A DNA stretch of 64,000 nt from contig OZ024740.1 in assembly GCA_964016885.1 (NCBI GenBank), forward strand, positions 168,826,001-168,890,000. The letters run 5' to 3'. Made by a program: the position numbers and the translations under genes. Below, one piece after another: positions 26,219 to 39,615 of the stretch. The notes beneath the pieces are model-generated. The model was not told where the DNA came from. It searched no databases and saw nothing but the letters and a program-made list of their open reading frames with translations. The stretch is from Eledone cirrhosa. Its lineage: Eukaryota. Position 1 is the first letter of the stretch; each line of letters begins with the position of its first letter.

Positions 26219-29149
26219 GATGCGTGGGGGTAGGCCTGGATATCCTTTGTTAACATATTTCTAATGAAATATAATGCTATGGAATAAATATAAATTAATG
26301 AAGGATTTAGAAGGATTTTAAAACAATTATGAATTAATTCATTAAAATGTTTTTTTGTAACATAATATAATAAAAGTTTCCTATATCAAATTATATTGGA
26401 AGATTTTAATTTAAATATATCCTTTAAACTAGGTTGTTTTACTCATGGAACCAGAGCCAGTTTTTGACATGTTGTCATGGAAAGGCTTAAATAGGGTTCT
26501 TTTCTTATACTTTATCATCTTTTGAAGGGGTCATATGTACTCTCGATATTACATTCCTGATAAATACCTCATTACATTCAGAAAACCTTATCTTACACTA
26601 CTGACATCTATTAGAATCTGCTGCTGATCTATATTGTTCACTTGCTGCTTTTATCATTACAAATAACTGTTTCTGCTGTTTTGAGCCACTTTCTTTTCTT
26701 ACTCAAGCTATTTCTTCTCTCATCTGTTTTTGTTCTTCTTTTTCACTGTATTCATTGTATTTATCTTTTCTTATTTGGAACTCATTTTCATATCATTTTT
26801 CTCCAATCACTCTCATATAACTTGCTTATTAGCATGGTGCTTTCCCAATTGACTACAAAATTAAATTTAAAAAAAATAAATAAATAAAAAAATTAAGTTA
26901 ATTCTGTGTCTTGATTTCTCTGTCCATTTCAGAGCATCTGACCATTTTATTTTTGAATTATCAAAAAGAAAACAGTTCAAATCATTATTAATTTGCAATT
27001 TCGTAGTTACGTTTTTCCTATGTTATGTTGCCCAAATAATATCAATATACATATGTGTGTGCATGCACTAACACACACACATACTGATGAATTCATCTGT
27101 ATACATATCTTAATAGTAACTTCAAAAACCTTTGAAAACCTATTTGAGTTGTAATGCTGGTGGTAGCAGTAGATGTTTAGATATGAAATAGTAATTATCA
27201 ATAAAAACAATCAGTATATCAGCATATTACTACAATCATGTAGTAACAAGTTGGCCGAAGACTTAGATTTGTAGAAGCTCAAAGTAAACAGAACTATAAT
27301 CCATTGTGATCTTTCCACTCATTTCACTCACACTCTTCCAATATCATCAACCATAAACTTTCATCTGTATACACCTGTTATTGATTAAGTTCTAATATAC
27401 TTAGGTCTGCTCAAGCAGGGCTGACCAGAGCTATACAAAAACATCAACAACTGTAACATACTCTCTATCAAACAGCATTAAGCATTCACTTGAATATGTT
27501 TGTGTGAAGAAGTAGTGTATGTAAGTGTATAAAAATGTATTTGTATTTACATGTATACCGTTTGGGTCTTTATGATTGTCACAACATGACTGAAAATTGG
27601 CAAATATCCAAATGAAATGCATTGCCTTCATAGGTTTTCATAAATTTCTCGTTGTACTTATTATTGGTTTATTGATTTCCTTCTCACTTTGTTTAGTCAT
27701 TTAATTTATTATTTTAATTATTCTCACCGGTTTGAACTGGAATCATACTTCTATTAGTGAATATATTATTGCTTTAAGGAGTGTATATGTTGGTGGTAAC
27801 AGACTGTATGTAGTCTGATCCATCTGTGTTCAGTTAAAAAAGCAGTTCAGGAGATGAAAATTGAACAAACATAACCTTATTCTATGTGATAGATAGGAGC
27901 AGGTTATTTCTTTCTTATCTTGTGCCAGGAAGTAGCCAACTTGGTTTATCAGAGGTGAATAGGTACATTATATTCAACTGTAACCTGAACACATATTTTA
28001 AAGCATTCACTGCTTATTAATAAAATTGATTTTGAGGTATTTGATATATGTATAATTTTGTAAAGCCACTTGCATCAGGAAATTGACCCTGTTTTATATA
28101 CTAAAAGCAAGTAGGTAGGAATTTAATACCATAAATACATTGGCTGCATGTAGAAGTGGCATTCAAAACTAGAAATGAATCAACAATTGAAATACATTAT
28201 AGGTGGATGAATTAAATTTGGTTTATTTAAATGTTATCCCTGATCAAAATAATCATTACTGATGTTAAAGGTAGTTTTAGCATTATGTAAACTTGTTATT
28301 GGTTAAATTCAAAGTAATGTTTTTTCCATTTACAAATGTCAACTTCAACCTTGCTGGTTTTTGTGAGATATAGGCAGTTAATGATGTGAATTTAGTAGAA
28401 TGAGTTGTATTTGATCCATACAAGACAGATTTGCACAGTTGTGTGGACATATGCAAATAGATTCTGTATGTTAACAAAATTCAATACAATAAGTGCACAT
28501 GTTGCTGCAAAAGAGATTGTTTCGGAACTTTTTTCCTGTATGCAATCTGTTAACAGATGGTTCAATTAAGTAAATAAAATTTGACATATCTATGTGGGCT
28601 TTGAAAATAGATATCTGTACATATTCAGCAAACAAGAAAGAGAAACCAACTAGACATGCATTGAAAGTTAAAAGGCATTTTTGAAGAAGAACAATTAGTA
28701 ATGTTTGAAACAGATATCAAACAGTGAGGTGGCCACAGGAAATTAAAGTATTATATCTTAGAAAATTGGCAATATGCCTAGGATTGTGTTTGGACTCATG
28801 ATTTTGCAATCAATAATCTGGCACCTTAACATCCCAATAAAGGAACCTTTATTATTTAACACATTTGCTAGTTGCCAGCAATCATAGCATTTAACTTGAG
28901 AGTATTGCACATTTACACTCTACTTCAAAGACTTCTAGAAGTTTCTTCTTTTTTTTTTTTCAGAGAGAAAGAGAGAGGATGGGGGGGGGGGGAGAAAGAC
29001 AGATAGATAGACAGACAAATCAAAAATAAGATAAAGTGTGTATATATGTGCGTATGTATGTATGTATGTGTGTGTAAAACACTGTTACATTTTATAGGCC
29101 CATACTTTTTACGCATTCAACAAGATGAATGTGTAAAAAGTATGGTATA

Positions 29150-29312
29150 GTCCATCTGACAGACTTCCACACAGTTGCCATCTACTCAATCTTAGTCATA
29201 AGGCTTGAGTTGACTCAAGGCTGTGATAAGAACACTTGCCCAAGAAAACACACAGGGGACAGAATCTAGGATCTCATGAATGTGAAATAAACTTCTTAAT
29301 CATTTTGTCATG
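29150..29312 (-). mobile_element. Decayed CORE-like tRNA SINE, related to 51718-51880
   Basis: cttgggcaagtgttctt and actgtgtggaag motifs on the minus strand. Confidence 0.55.
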
Positions 29313-30018
29313 CTACTTCCAGAAACATCAGCACTATTTCATGATAAAGCAATTAGCATTAGGAAGAGTATCAAATTATCAAACAGCAGATTAGTCCATT
29401 TGTGTGTAGTAGGCCATAAGTATCTGGTTTAGAATAGGTACACTGTATCCCTGCATTTCTTAAGGAGCAACTAAAAGGGTTGGTGTCAAAAAGGGCATCT
29501 GACAGTTAAACATTACTTTAAAAAGTCCTGTCAAACCTATGCTAGTATGGAAAAGTTGACATAAAAATGATGATGATTACAATTATGAGATTAATCAATT
29601 CATGTTAATATCAAAATTTCTAGAAACTTCAGACATCAAAAAATAAATTTAAAAAACATATAATGAATTAGGGTAAGATAATTTCTATAGTGAAACAATA
29701 CTTGTAGAAACACAGGCTTGTTCACTGTCACCTGACGCTGCATGTATTGATTGAAGAAAATGTATTGTTTTACACCTAGGCATTAAAAACTCATATTTAT
29801 AAGTGCTCTATTATTTTCATTGTGATTTTATTCTGCTTGCAGCACTAGCTTTTATGAAACGTGTTCCAAACAGTAAAATGTCATCACATCATATGAAAAA
29901 GCAATCTTAGAATTGTTAACTATGTTTATTTTAGCTCTTTTAATATAGATTAGTAATTTTATAGCTTCAAATGGAGATCATTTGAACAATCAGTTTCTTC
30001 ATTGAAAACCATATGCTT

Positions 30019-30057
<39 letters not shown>

Positions 30058-30472
30058 CGCACACACACACACACACACACACACATGCACACTCATGCAT
30101 ACACACATATATACATGCATACCTACACACACACACACACAAATACATAGTCATGTAACTAACTGTCTCAGCATCAGTCTGGAGAAGTTAGAAAGGACAT
30201 GTCTAATTATAAAATTACATTTAGAAGCCATTAATTGAACTGTAGAAATATTTAAAATATTCCAGAAGTTTAGCTTGTAGTATGTACATATGCACATATA
30301 TATATAGGTATGTAAACATATGTGTGTGTTCACATATAGACACACTCATACAATAACATGAGTGTATATAAACACACATAGATGTATAAATACACAAACA
30401 TTTACATGCATACATACACACCCAATCACACACACATATATATATATATTATATGCACATACACAATATATA

Positions 30473-31705
30473 CAGGGTGCGGAAGGTATTTGAGGACACA
30501 TGTATTTTATTTGACTAATTTTTATTGAACTTCCATTTCAGAAAATAACAATGAAAATAACTATGCTTACTAATGAAATGAAAAGGCATGCTGTGATTGT
30601 GGCTTTGAAGGCTAAGCATGGGGATTTAGAAATTTCTCGTTTTCTGAAAGTTGCAAGACCTTTTGTCCACAAGATTCAGTGTGAGTTAGAGAAAGAAGAT
30701 AGAAGCCTATTACTTGTATCAAAACGTAAAAAACATTCCAAACACTCTGATTCTATCAGGACACCTGAATTTATTCAGGAGGTTAAGCAAAACATTGATG
30801 ACAATCCAGGAAAATCAATGAGGTCAATTGCAAAAAATATTGGTGTGTCAGAAAAAACAATCAGAAATGTTGTGCATGAAGACATCAGATACAAATCTTA
30901 CGTGATGAGAAGAGGTCAATTCATGTCAGAAAAAGTGTTTAATCAGATCCAAAAGACTTTTAAACAAACTTAAAAAATCCATCAGAAGATGGTGTGATTT
31001 GGTTTTTCTCAGATGAGAAAAACTTTGACCAGGACCACAAAACTAACAGAAGAAATGACAGGTGGCTATGTGCAGACCCTTCTGAGGTTCCAAGAGTAAT
31101 GCACAAATAATTTCCTGCAAGTGTCATAGTTTTGGGTGTTGTTAGCAATGAAGGACATGGTATGCCTCCTCACATTTTTCCACAAGGCCTTAGGGTAAAT
31201 GCTGCTGCATATAATTGAGGTTCTGGATAAAGTTGTTAAGCCTAGGATCAACAGTGTATGCAATGGAAGGCCTTATGTCTTTCAACAAGATTCTGCACCA
31301 TCACACAAGGCTCAATTGACACAAGAATGGATGGCTGTCATGATCACATCACCCCCAACATTTGGCCTCCTAATTCTCCAGATCTCAATCCACTGGACTA
31401 CTATGTATGGAGCATTGTTGAGAAAAATATCAATGAACACCCCTATAGCATTAAAGATTCTTTGAAAGCCGCCATAATTCGAGTCATGTCCGATATGAAC
31501 AGGGACCACTTAATCCGAGCTTGCAAATGATTTCGACCCTGTGTAGAGGCAGTTATTGATGCTTATGGTGGTTTTATTGAATGAAATTATTAAATTGAAA
31601 ATTTAGCTTTATGTTTATGTTATTTTTATAAGAATACAGTTTTTTTCTGTTATATAAGCGGTTTTTTTTAACCATAAATCTGTCCTCAAATACCGTCCAA
31701 CCCTG
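30473..31705 (+). mobile_element. Tc1/mariner DD37D (maT-like) transposon, near full length, pseudogenised transposase
   Basis: TIRs cagggtgcggaaggtatttgaggaca / tgtcctcaaataccgtccaaccctg; WFFSDEKNF, FQQDSAPSH, WPPNSPDLNPLDYYVW; frameshifts and stops. Confidence 0.93.
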
Positions 31706-32430
31706 TCATCATCATCATCATCGTTTAACGTCCATCTTCCACGCTTGCATGGGTTTGGACGGGAGTTTTCCCACTTGAAGCAAGATTGGTTGTCCTGCTC
31801 GTATAGGACTGTATATACATATATCATCATGATCACCATCATCCTTTTATATCCATTTTCCAATGATTGTATGGGTTGGATGCATCCTTTCATGTACCAC
31901 TTCCCACCACTTGCTACATTCCTTTATTTTTTCTTCTGTCATTTCAGTATCTTGAGATCAGCTCTCACTACCTCTGTCCTGATCTTCTTTGGTCTTCTTC
32001 TACTGCAGTTTCCTTCCACGGATCTTTTAGCACTTCTTCACCCAGAAATCATCATCCATTCGTATCAATGTAGTTTGTACAATACATCTGATTCTTCTTA
32101 TACCTAGTTTTTCTCTCAACCCATCTGTTTCATTCACACATCCTAACATCATACATCCATTGAAGCACGCTTACTTCATTTCTTCCCAGCCTTTGCATAT
32201 TCTCTGAATCCACTGCCAGTGTCACACTCCTATGCAGTCTTGAATTTCGCATCCATGCATCATACAGCTGACTAGAGAGAAATATTTTGTTGTCAACAAA
32301 GTAGTAGTTCTATGAACCTTTTCCATCTTGTTTTTATTCTAGCTACCATGCTCTAAGAACAACCTTCTCTCATGCTAATTAGGTCCCATAGGTAACAAAA
32401 GCTATCAACTATTTCTATGGTGCTTCTCTG
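31706..32430 (-). mobile_element. RTE 3'-end fragment (31706-31810) plus an older decayed RTE fragment
   Basis: (CAT)n tail and family-B terminal sequence; decayed RTE C-terminal similarity downstream. Confidence 0.75.
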
Positions 32431-32559
32431 GGATTGACAAAAATTTATTTCACTGGGGCTCTTACTAACAACTACTATTTAGATAGTATTGATTCAAATA
32501 TTGCATCTTATAACAGAATAAAAACACACACTGACACATGCTCCAACACATGCACACAC

Positions 32560-33240
32560 TAACCTAGAATTGTTGAAACCCGACAGATTCATCTCTACAT
32601 CACCAGATGGGTTCAATGAGTTTAAGAGTAGATTTACCCAGTATGCACACACCTTTAGGTGCAGGAACGGGGGGAACTCTGCCTGCTTGTCCTCTTTCAT
32701 ATGGAGACACCATGACCAAGAGCACAACATTCCCAGCATTAAATGGAACATTCTCAACAGAGCAGCCCCATACTACCCCCAGAGGCTGCAACTATCAACT
32801 CTGCCTCAATAAGAGGTTGTATATACTGCAGCAACCTGCAATATCTATCGAGAGCTAATGTTTTGCTGCACTAAAGAAGCACTTTATTAGCCAACTTCAA
32901 ATCACTGGCTCCAGACATCCTACAAAAACCACCTCAGCTCCACATGGATCTTGTGGCTTAATTAAAGATTCAGACTGAGAGCAACATTAGATACACTGAC
33001 CACCCATGAATCGTACCACCAAGACACAGAATTCTGCATGCTTGCTTACACATCTGCTGTCACTGGTTTATCAACACCGTATGTGGCCTGAATCAACCAA
33101 TTGAGGCCCTTAACAGCATGCCCCTAATCTTCATTCTTTTTGCTTTTCACTCATCTCCCATTCATCTTGATGAAATAGAAGTAATTATATCTGGAAACTT
33201 CTGGTAATGCAGAGATAAGTCAAACTATTAATATGAATAC
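32560..33240 (+). mobile_element. Penelope-like element 3' fragment (GIY-YIG C-terminal half plus pLTR with degenerate hammerhead at 33163-33209)
   Basis: EFKSRFTQYAHTFR..NSACLSSFIW..IKWNIL..APY..LCL...YIL resembles the Penelope endonuclease C-terminus. Confidence 0.75.
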
Positions 33241-33367
33241 TCTCAATGTTCACTTTGTTGATTGCTAATGTATTTCGTTTGTACCCATATTTGTGTGTAT
33301 CTGTATGTGTGTGTATGTGTTGTTGTTAAGTCCCATATGGGACTTAACAACAACAACACACACACAC

Positions 33368-33521
33368 ACACACATACATTAGAATAGTACACACACACAC
33401 ACACATACATTAGAATAGTATACACACACACATACATTAGAATAGTATACACACACACATACATTAGAATAGTATACACACACACATGCATTAGAATAGT
33501 ATACACACACATTAGAATAGT
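33368..33521. repeat. ~27-bp minisatellite (CA)n-tacattagaatagta, ~6 units
   Basis: Direct reading. Confidence 0.9.
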
Positions 33522-34366
33522 AGCAAACATAGCTGTTTGCTACTATTCTGATGTAAAACTTTATTCTGTGTAAACTTTGTATTTCACAAATGTAAGAAAC
33601 TTATACATGATGATCATGGTTGATATTTTACTTAATAATTGCAGATGGTATTTCATATGATCTCAAAGAATATAAATGCCATATCTTACAGTTCTGGTGA
33701 CTATATCTTTATGTATGTTAGAGGTTTGCTCAACTGGAACAAACAGCTGATTAATACCAAATTATCACTTTGATCAGCTTCTTTATCCTATCCTCTCCTT
33801 ATTGTCAGTTTTCTTCCTCCTCATTCTATTTCATGTCATCATCATCATATGGCTTGGTCTGCAATGCTGTATCTTCTCATGTGGAAAAATTGACATTTTC
33901 AATTCTACTTCTGCCCATAAAGCAACAAGGTGGCTTCTATGTGGTCTCTGAACCTTTCAGAAATAGCAGTCAGATTCCCTCAAATTACATTATTCCAGAC
34001 ATTAGGAGACAGTGGATAATCTAGTTGTAATTCTAAATATACAAGAAGATGGTAGAATTGTTTTGGCTAGAACATGATACGTTTGCTCAATTAGGATTAA
34101 CCAAATGCAAAATAACAACAAATCTATTTCCTTTGATTCTTTTAATGAATTATCATTTTCCTCTCACATTATATACATAAGGCAGTTCTTGACTCATGTT
34201 TTTTTTTTTTTCACAAATTGCCTATGTACATCTAATGGATCATACATAACAAGATCATTTGTAATCACTGTCCATGTCTAACTCTTTTGTTACCACATTC
34301 CTAATGAAAAACTCTATCTATGATTTTCAATGAATTTTGAAAATAATCTAGAGAAATATATATATA

Positions 34367-35262
34367 TCATCCTCATCATCGTTTAACATCCATTTTCCAT
34401 GCTAGCATGGGTTAGCTGGGTTGTCCCATTAAAGGCAAGTCACTTCAGGAGTCTGTCATGCTCATATAGAACTGTTTCTGGCTAGGTTTCTATGGCTGGA
34501 TGCCACATTTACAGTGTGTGTTGAGGGCTTTATTGCCATGACTCCTACACGACCACTTTACAGTGTAGGTTGGGTGTTTTTTGTTGTGACAGCTACACAA
34601 CCACTGTACAGTGTGGGCTAGGGACTTTTTGTTGTGACACCTACATGACCACTTTACAGTGTGGGCTGGGTGTCTTTTGTCGTGACACCCACATGACCAC
34701 TTTACAGTGTGGGCAAATGGATGCTTTTTTGTTGTGATACCAACATAACTTTACAGTGTTAGGTTGATGTGGACAGAAGTGGATGGGTGGATATTGGGGT
34801 GTGAGGGGTGTATGTAAGGGGGTATAGTGGTTAAGAGGTGCCTACTAGATGTATGTTTAAGTCTGTGCGCATGGGAAGGCATTTCTTCTGTATTACTGCA
34901 TAACGGCAAAGATCTCGATCCTGCACCTTTTTATACAGCTATCATCCTTCATACACATCACATGTCGATACTAATACAATCTCCTCTCCAGCACACTGCA
35001 TCTCATTCCTCTCACACCTAATTTCTCTCTCAGTTCACTTATACTTTGCCATTCATGTATATTACTATTACACATCCATCTGAACATGAATGCTATTTCT
35101 TCCCAATCTTCACAAGTCTTCTGCACACAGTGCCCAGGTCTCACTACTACGTAACATTGCTGTTCATATACATGCATCATGCAATCTGCCCTCATTTTAA
35201 GGGAATAACCTTTTGTAGCTAACAATGGTAGTAGCTCCCTGAACTTTCTCCATCCTATTTAT
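34367..35262 (-). mobile_element. Older RTE copy, internally deleted, with expanded ~45-bp 3'UTR repeat
   Basis: ORF 34971-35225 homologous to RTE C-terminus; ~6 units of ccactttacagtgtggg... at 34503-34760. Confidence 0.85.
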
Positions 35263-35280
35263 AGTCTCTCTCTCTCTATT

Positions 35281-35313
<33 letters not shown>

Positions 35314-35403
35314 CATATTACATATGTTTCTCCGTCAATCAGCACAAGGCAGGATCTGTTACAGATTGAACCCAACTCTGCATTCGAAGGGTCTTCAGAT
35401 ATG
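35314..35403 (-). ncRNA. Type I hammerhead-ribozyme-like motif with ~61-nt stem II region
   Basis: catat CTGAAGA [61 nt] GAAA CATATG TA atatg: intact core, 5-bp stem I, palindromic stem III, GUA site. Confidence 0.7.
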
Positions 35404-35609
35404 TCTTGCATGTTCAAACATAACAGCTTTTCTTTATCCATAGTACATACTAGCATCCTGTTATTTAGGCCTTTTCATTGGTTCAGTAATCCCATCGTCA
35501 CCATCTTTCTGTCCATTTTCATTCATCCATTGGCTGTATTCATTCATGCGTCACCTGTCAGTTGTTCACGAATTACTACTACCTTACCATTCTCACACCA
35601 CCGATTTCC

Positions 35610-35640
<31 letters not shown>

Positions 35641-35710
35641 ACATGCTCACACACATGTATATATATATGTACACACATATCTGCACATACATAAACATAT
35701 ACACACATTG

Positions 35711-35780
<70 letters not shown>

Positions 35781-36487
35781 GCACACGCATATATACACAT
35801 ATATGATGGCTGCCCTCTCATTATCGAGTATGGCCATTGCACAATATACCATTATTAATAATTATTAATTAATTCTATCGTGCAATGCCTGCGTGAAGAT
35901 ATTTTTTAAAGTGTGGAAAGACTGTGCACTGAGCCAATCCCACTCTCTGAGCGACAGTAGCTATAACCCGAAAAGAAAAAAAGATCAACATCATCGGTAA
36001 CTACTAAGCCGCAGGTTTTATATCGGAGTTATCCCAGTTTCCGGAGTTGCCTTCACCCTGACAAAGGCTAAGAGGCCTTCACTCCTTTAACCGCGCGATC
36101 GGGAGTCCAGCCTGACTAGTTCTACATATACATGCACCCATGTATATACACATATACATATACATACATATGTACACGTGTATATCTACATATTTACACA
36201 CTTTTGGATAGCCGTTGACTCTTATGAGTTCTTCCGCCCTTTGTCAGGTTTTGTTTTTTGTCCTGCAGTGTGTCCAAAATCCCCCTCCTCACCAAGTAAA
36301 CTTGGTGGGGCTGCCAGTTTAGTCACCGACGACCTGGCCATGCGACAGATTGTACTGGGTTACATGTTACCAGTAGCACTCGAGAGTGACCCGACATATA
36401 TATATACACATATATATACATGCACATACATACATTTCCATACATACACGCGCACATATATATAGACACACGCACACACATACACAT

Positions 36488-36532
<45 letters not shown>

Positions 36533-38795
36533 GTGTGTGTATACATTTCTTTTCATGGTTTAGTATAAAGGAATGGACTGTATCTATGGTCATTTCAAGC
36601 AATCCAAAACTGGTGAGGTTAATGTGGTGGATGTTTTTGAATAACTAAGTTGGTGGTTATAGGAAAAACATGGGCAGGGAAGGAATTACTGTGGCCTGAC
36701 ATTCTGGCTTGGAGGAGCTCTGTGAAATGGTTAGTATTGGCTCTGAGAACAATAACTATCGAGTGGTTGTTGGGTGGATAAAATACAGAGGATAAGTAAA
36801 AACCAGTGAGTTGGGTGGGCCTTGATAGCAGTGACACAAGACCAGCCACCTCTGAGAAAAAGAGGCCTGGTAATACCAGTAGAAAAAAACAGAGGGATGA
36901 AACAGCATGTCTGTGGGCCACAAGTTAGACTGTATTGGTGAGTGACTTCGTCTATCGGATGTCCTTATTCTTTTCTGATGTGGTCATCAGCATATCATCA
37001 TAATCATTGTCATTATTATCATTTTACATCTGTTGTCTATACTGGTATGGGTTGGACAAGTTATCACAAATCAGTTCTTATTTGATGTTACTGCTCTTCT
37101 AGACAAGTCAGAAGACCACATCTCAGTCATGTTCCATTTTGGGTATAATTTCTATGGCTGTATGACATTCCTAATACCACCTAGTTTACAGAGTGTACTA
37201 GATGCATTTTATCTTAACACAAGACCTAGAGAAGCTGTAATGCTCTCAACAAAACTAAAGAGTCTACTCTACCCTGCATTGACCCCATTCAATTACCAGT
37301 TACTTTACAGAATGTACTGGCTACATTTTATCACTTTTATTTGTCTCCATTCTTTTAGAGGAACTTAATTAAGAATGTGAATAGAAGGGAAATAATGACC
37401 AGCAGTGTGAGTATGAGACTGATAATGTGAGAGGGAAATAGAGTAAAAGGGTGATAGAGAAGGGAGTAATAGAAGAGAGAGAAAGAGACATTAATAGCTT
37501 CACATTGGTTATTGATAGGAGGTTGAGTAGAGGACAGCATGAACAGCATGATTGGTTAGTAATAAACATGTGTCATGGTAAAAGAGAGAGAGAGAGAGAT
37601 ATAGAGAGATAGTTGATAGTGGAGTGATTGTGAGAGTAGTAGGTGTCTACTAAGAATCATAGATCAAAATAAAATGTATTGGTATAGTTTTAATTAACAA
37701 ATGAATATATTAAAATATGTATTTAGGTTATTGTTTCAACTATCCACCAGATGCTTCATATATTATGTTTTTATAAAATTATATAGATATTGAATATTCC
37801 ACATCCCTCGTTATGTCAAGGCCTATGTATCCTAACATGACAAACTGGTTTTTACCACTTCGTACTTATTAATTTAATCTTTTTAAAATGTATTTAATTC
37901 CTTCACGTGACAACAACAAATCTTTTAATATGTAACCTAACATGTTTGCATTAAATAATGTTTCTTCTTTCTTGAGAGATATGTAAGGTTGTGCATAATG
38001 GAGTACATGATTTATTTAAACTACCTACTTTGATGAAAATTGACAAAGGATACTCATCCCATAAACTTCAATATATCAGTAGATTTAATTTAGATTGCCA
38101 ATTTTGAAGTCTCACAAAGTGGAAAAGATTTTGACTATCAATGGAGAAAGTATTCTGTGTTTCATGTCAATGAAAGGTACACAATGTGTACATTTCTTTA
38201 AAGTATCAATCTTTAATTTCCATGTAACCTGACTTACAGCACACTGTTTAGCCCAGTCAATTCTGATTAAACAGATTCCTTGATTAAAGATATTCCAGTC
38301 ATAGCCATCTGATTTTTGTTTGTTTGTTTTTTCAGGGTATCTAGGACTTCATTATTTAATGTATCCTGCTGGCTTTGTGCCTAAAGTAGAAACAATTATT
38401 TAATGTGTCTTTCCCCCTTTTTAAGAGTGTAGCATGTAATTTAAAGGATATTTGACTGCGAACTTTAGCATGTTGAAGAACTGCATAGACAGCTTATCAT
38501 CTAAGAAGTAGAACCTCAATTTTATTTTACATGTAAAACTTCAAAATAGGAACTTATATTTTAAACTGATTTTCTTTTTTTGAAAATATTGGAGCTTGTT
38601 CCACATTTATCAGTGGTTGACCTAGTACATCCATGATACAGCTCATCTTCATTTTAACTTTCCTAGCTTCTGTCTCCCATTGACTTCATGATAGATTTGA
38701 TTCATATTAACTATCTAAAGTGTTTTACTTATTTACTGTTGTTTACCCTCAAATCTTTGTTGACTTTTATAAAAAGATGTTTTTATTTATTTCAG

Positions 38796-38939
38796 GAGAA
38801 ATTATCTGCACTGGACATGAACATTTTTCAAAGACCTATATGAATGAAGTGTTCAGTATTCCAGTGGACAAGATGTTTGAATACCTCTTCACAGATTCTC
38901 CATTTTTCAGGCATTTTGCTGAAGTCAGGAAAACTTATG
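38796..38939 (+). CDS. GRAMD1B: GRAMD1/Aster-like exon, start of VASt domain: GEIICTGHEHFSKTYMNEVFSIPVDKMFEYLFTDSPFFRHFAEVRKTY
   Basis: tttcag acceptor, gtatgc donor, 144 nt phase 1-1; resembles Aster-B YVNEVFNFSVDKLYDLLFTNSPF (recalled sequence). Confidence 0.93.
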
Positions 38940-38980
38940 GTATGCATAAATTGCCTTTTTTAGTTTCTTTAGTTTCCTGG

Positions 38981-39135
38981 CAGTCCCTATCATTTCATTT
39001 CTACAGCTGAGTAAACTGGAGCAATGTGAAATAAAGTGTCTTACTCAAGGAAACAACACATCACCCAGTCTGAGAATTGAACTCACAACCTTTTGATTGC
39101 TAGGCCAATGCTCTAACCACTAAGCCATGTGCCTC
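38981..39135 (-). mobile_element. SINE S2 head/CORE-like part, ~40 bp downstream of a VASt exon donor
   Basis: Near-identical to 11211-11358. Confidence 0.85.
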
Positions 39136-39615
39136 CATAACTGTTTTAAAGTGTTTATATTTATTTAAAACCTTCCATCATAGTTTTATGTAAAAACCTT
39201 TTTAACTCTTTTGTTATCAACTCCACCAAAACTGACTCTAGTTCTATGACACAAAACCAACCATTTTAATGGCTTCCTATTTAAATTAAAATATTCCAGC
39301 ATAAGTTTATATAAGAACAATATGTTAAGTTACCCTCTTAGTCTAATAAAATAATAAAAATAATAATTTTAGTAAATCCCTTAAAATTCTTCATCAATTA
39401 ATCAAAATAGAGTGAATTTCATTAGAAATGCAGTCACAAAAAGTTTAAATTATGTTTCAAACACCAGGTTAATAAGCAAGTTAGTTATATCATTAATCCT
39501 TTCCAATTTTTGATTATTTTCAGAATTATTTGAAAATCATAGACAGTGTCTTTCATTAGAAAACATCATCATCATTTTACATCTGTCTTTCCAATCTTGA
39601 CTGGGTTAGATGGGT

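Noticed and set aside
33368-33521. CRISPR-like regularly spaced repeat
   Set aside because: Spacers are (CA)n rather than unique sequence; eukaryotic minisatellite
33644-33697. Possible cassette exon (ttgcag|atggtatttc...)
   Set aside because: No donor in a compatible phase; the flanking exons already join cleanly
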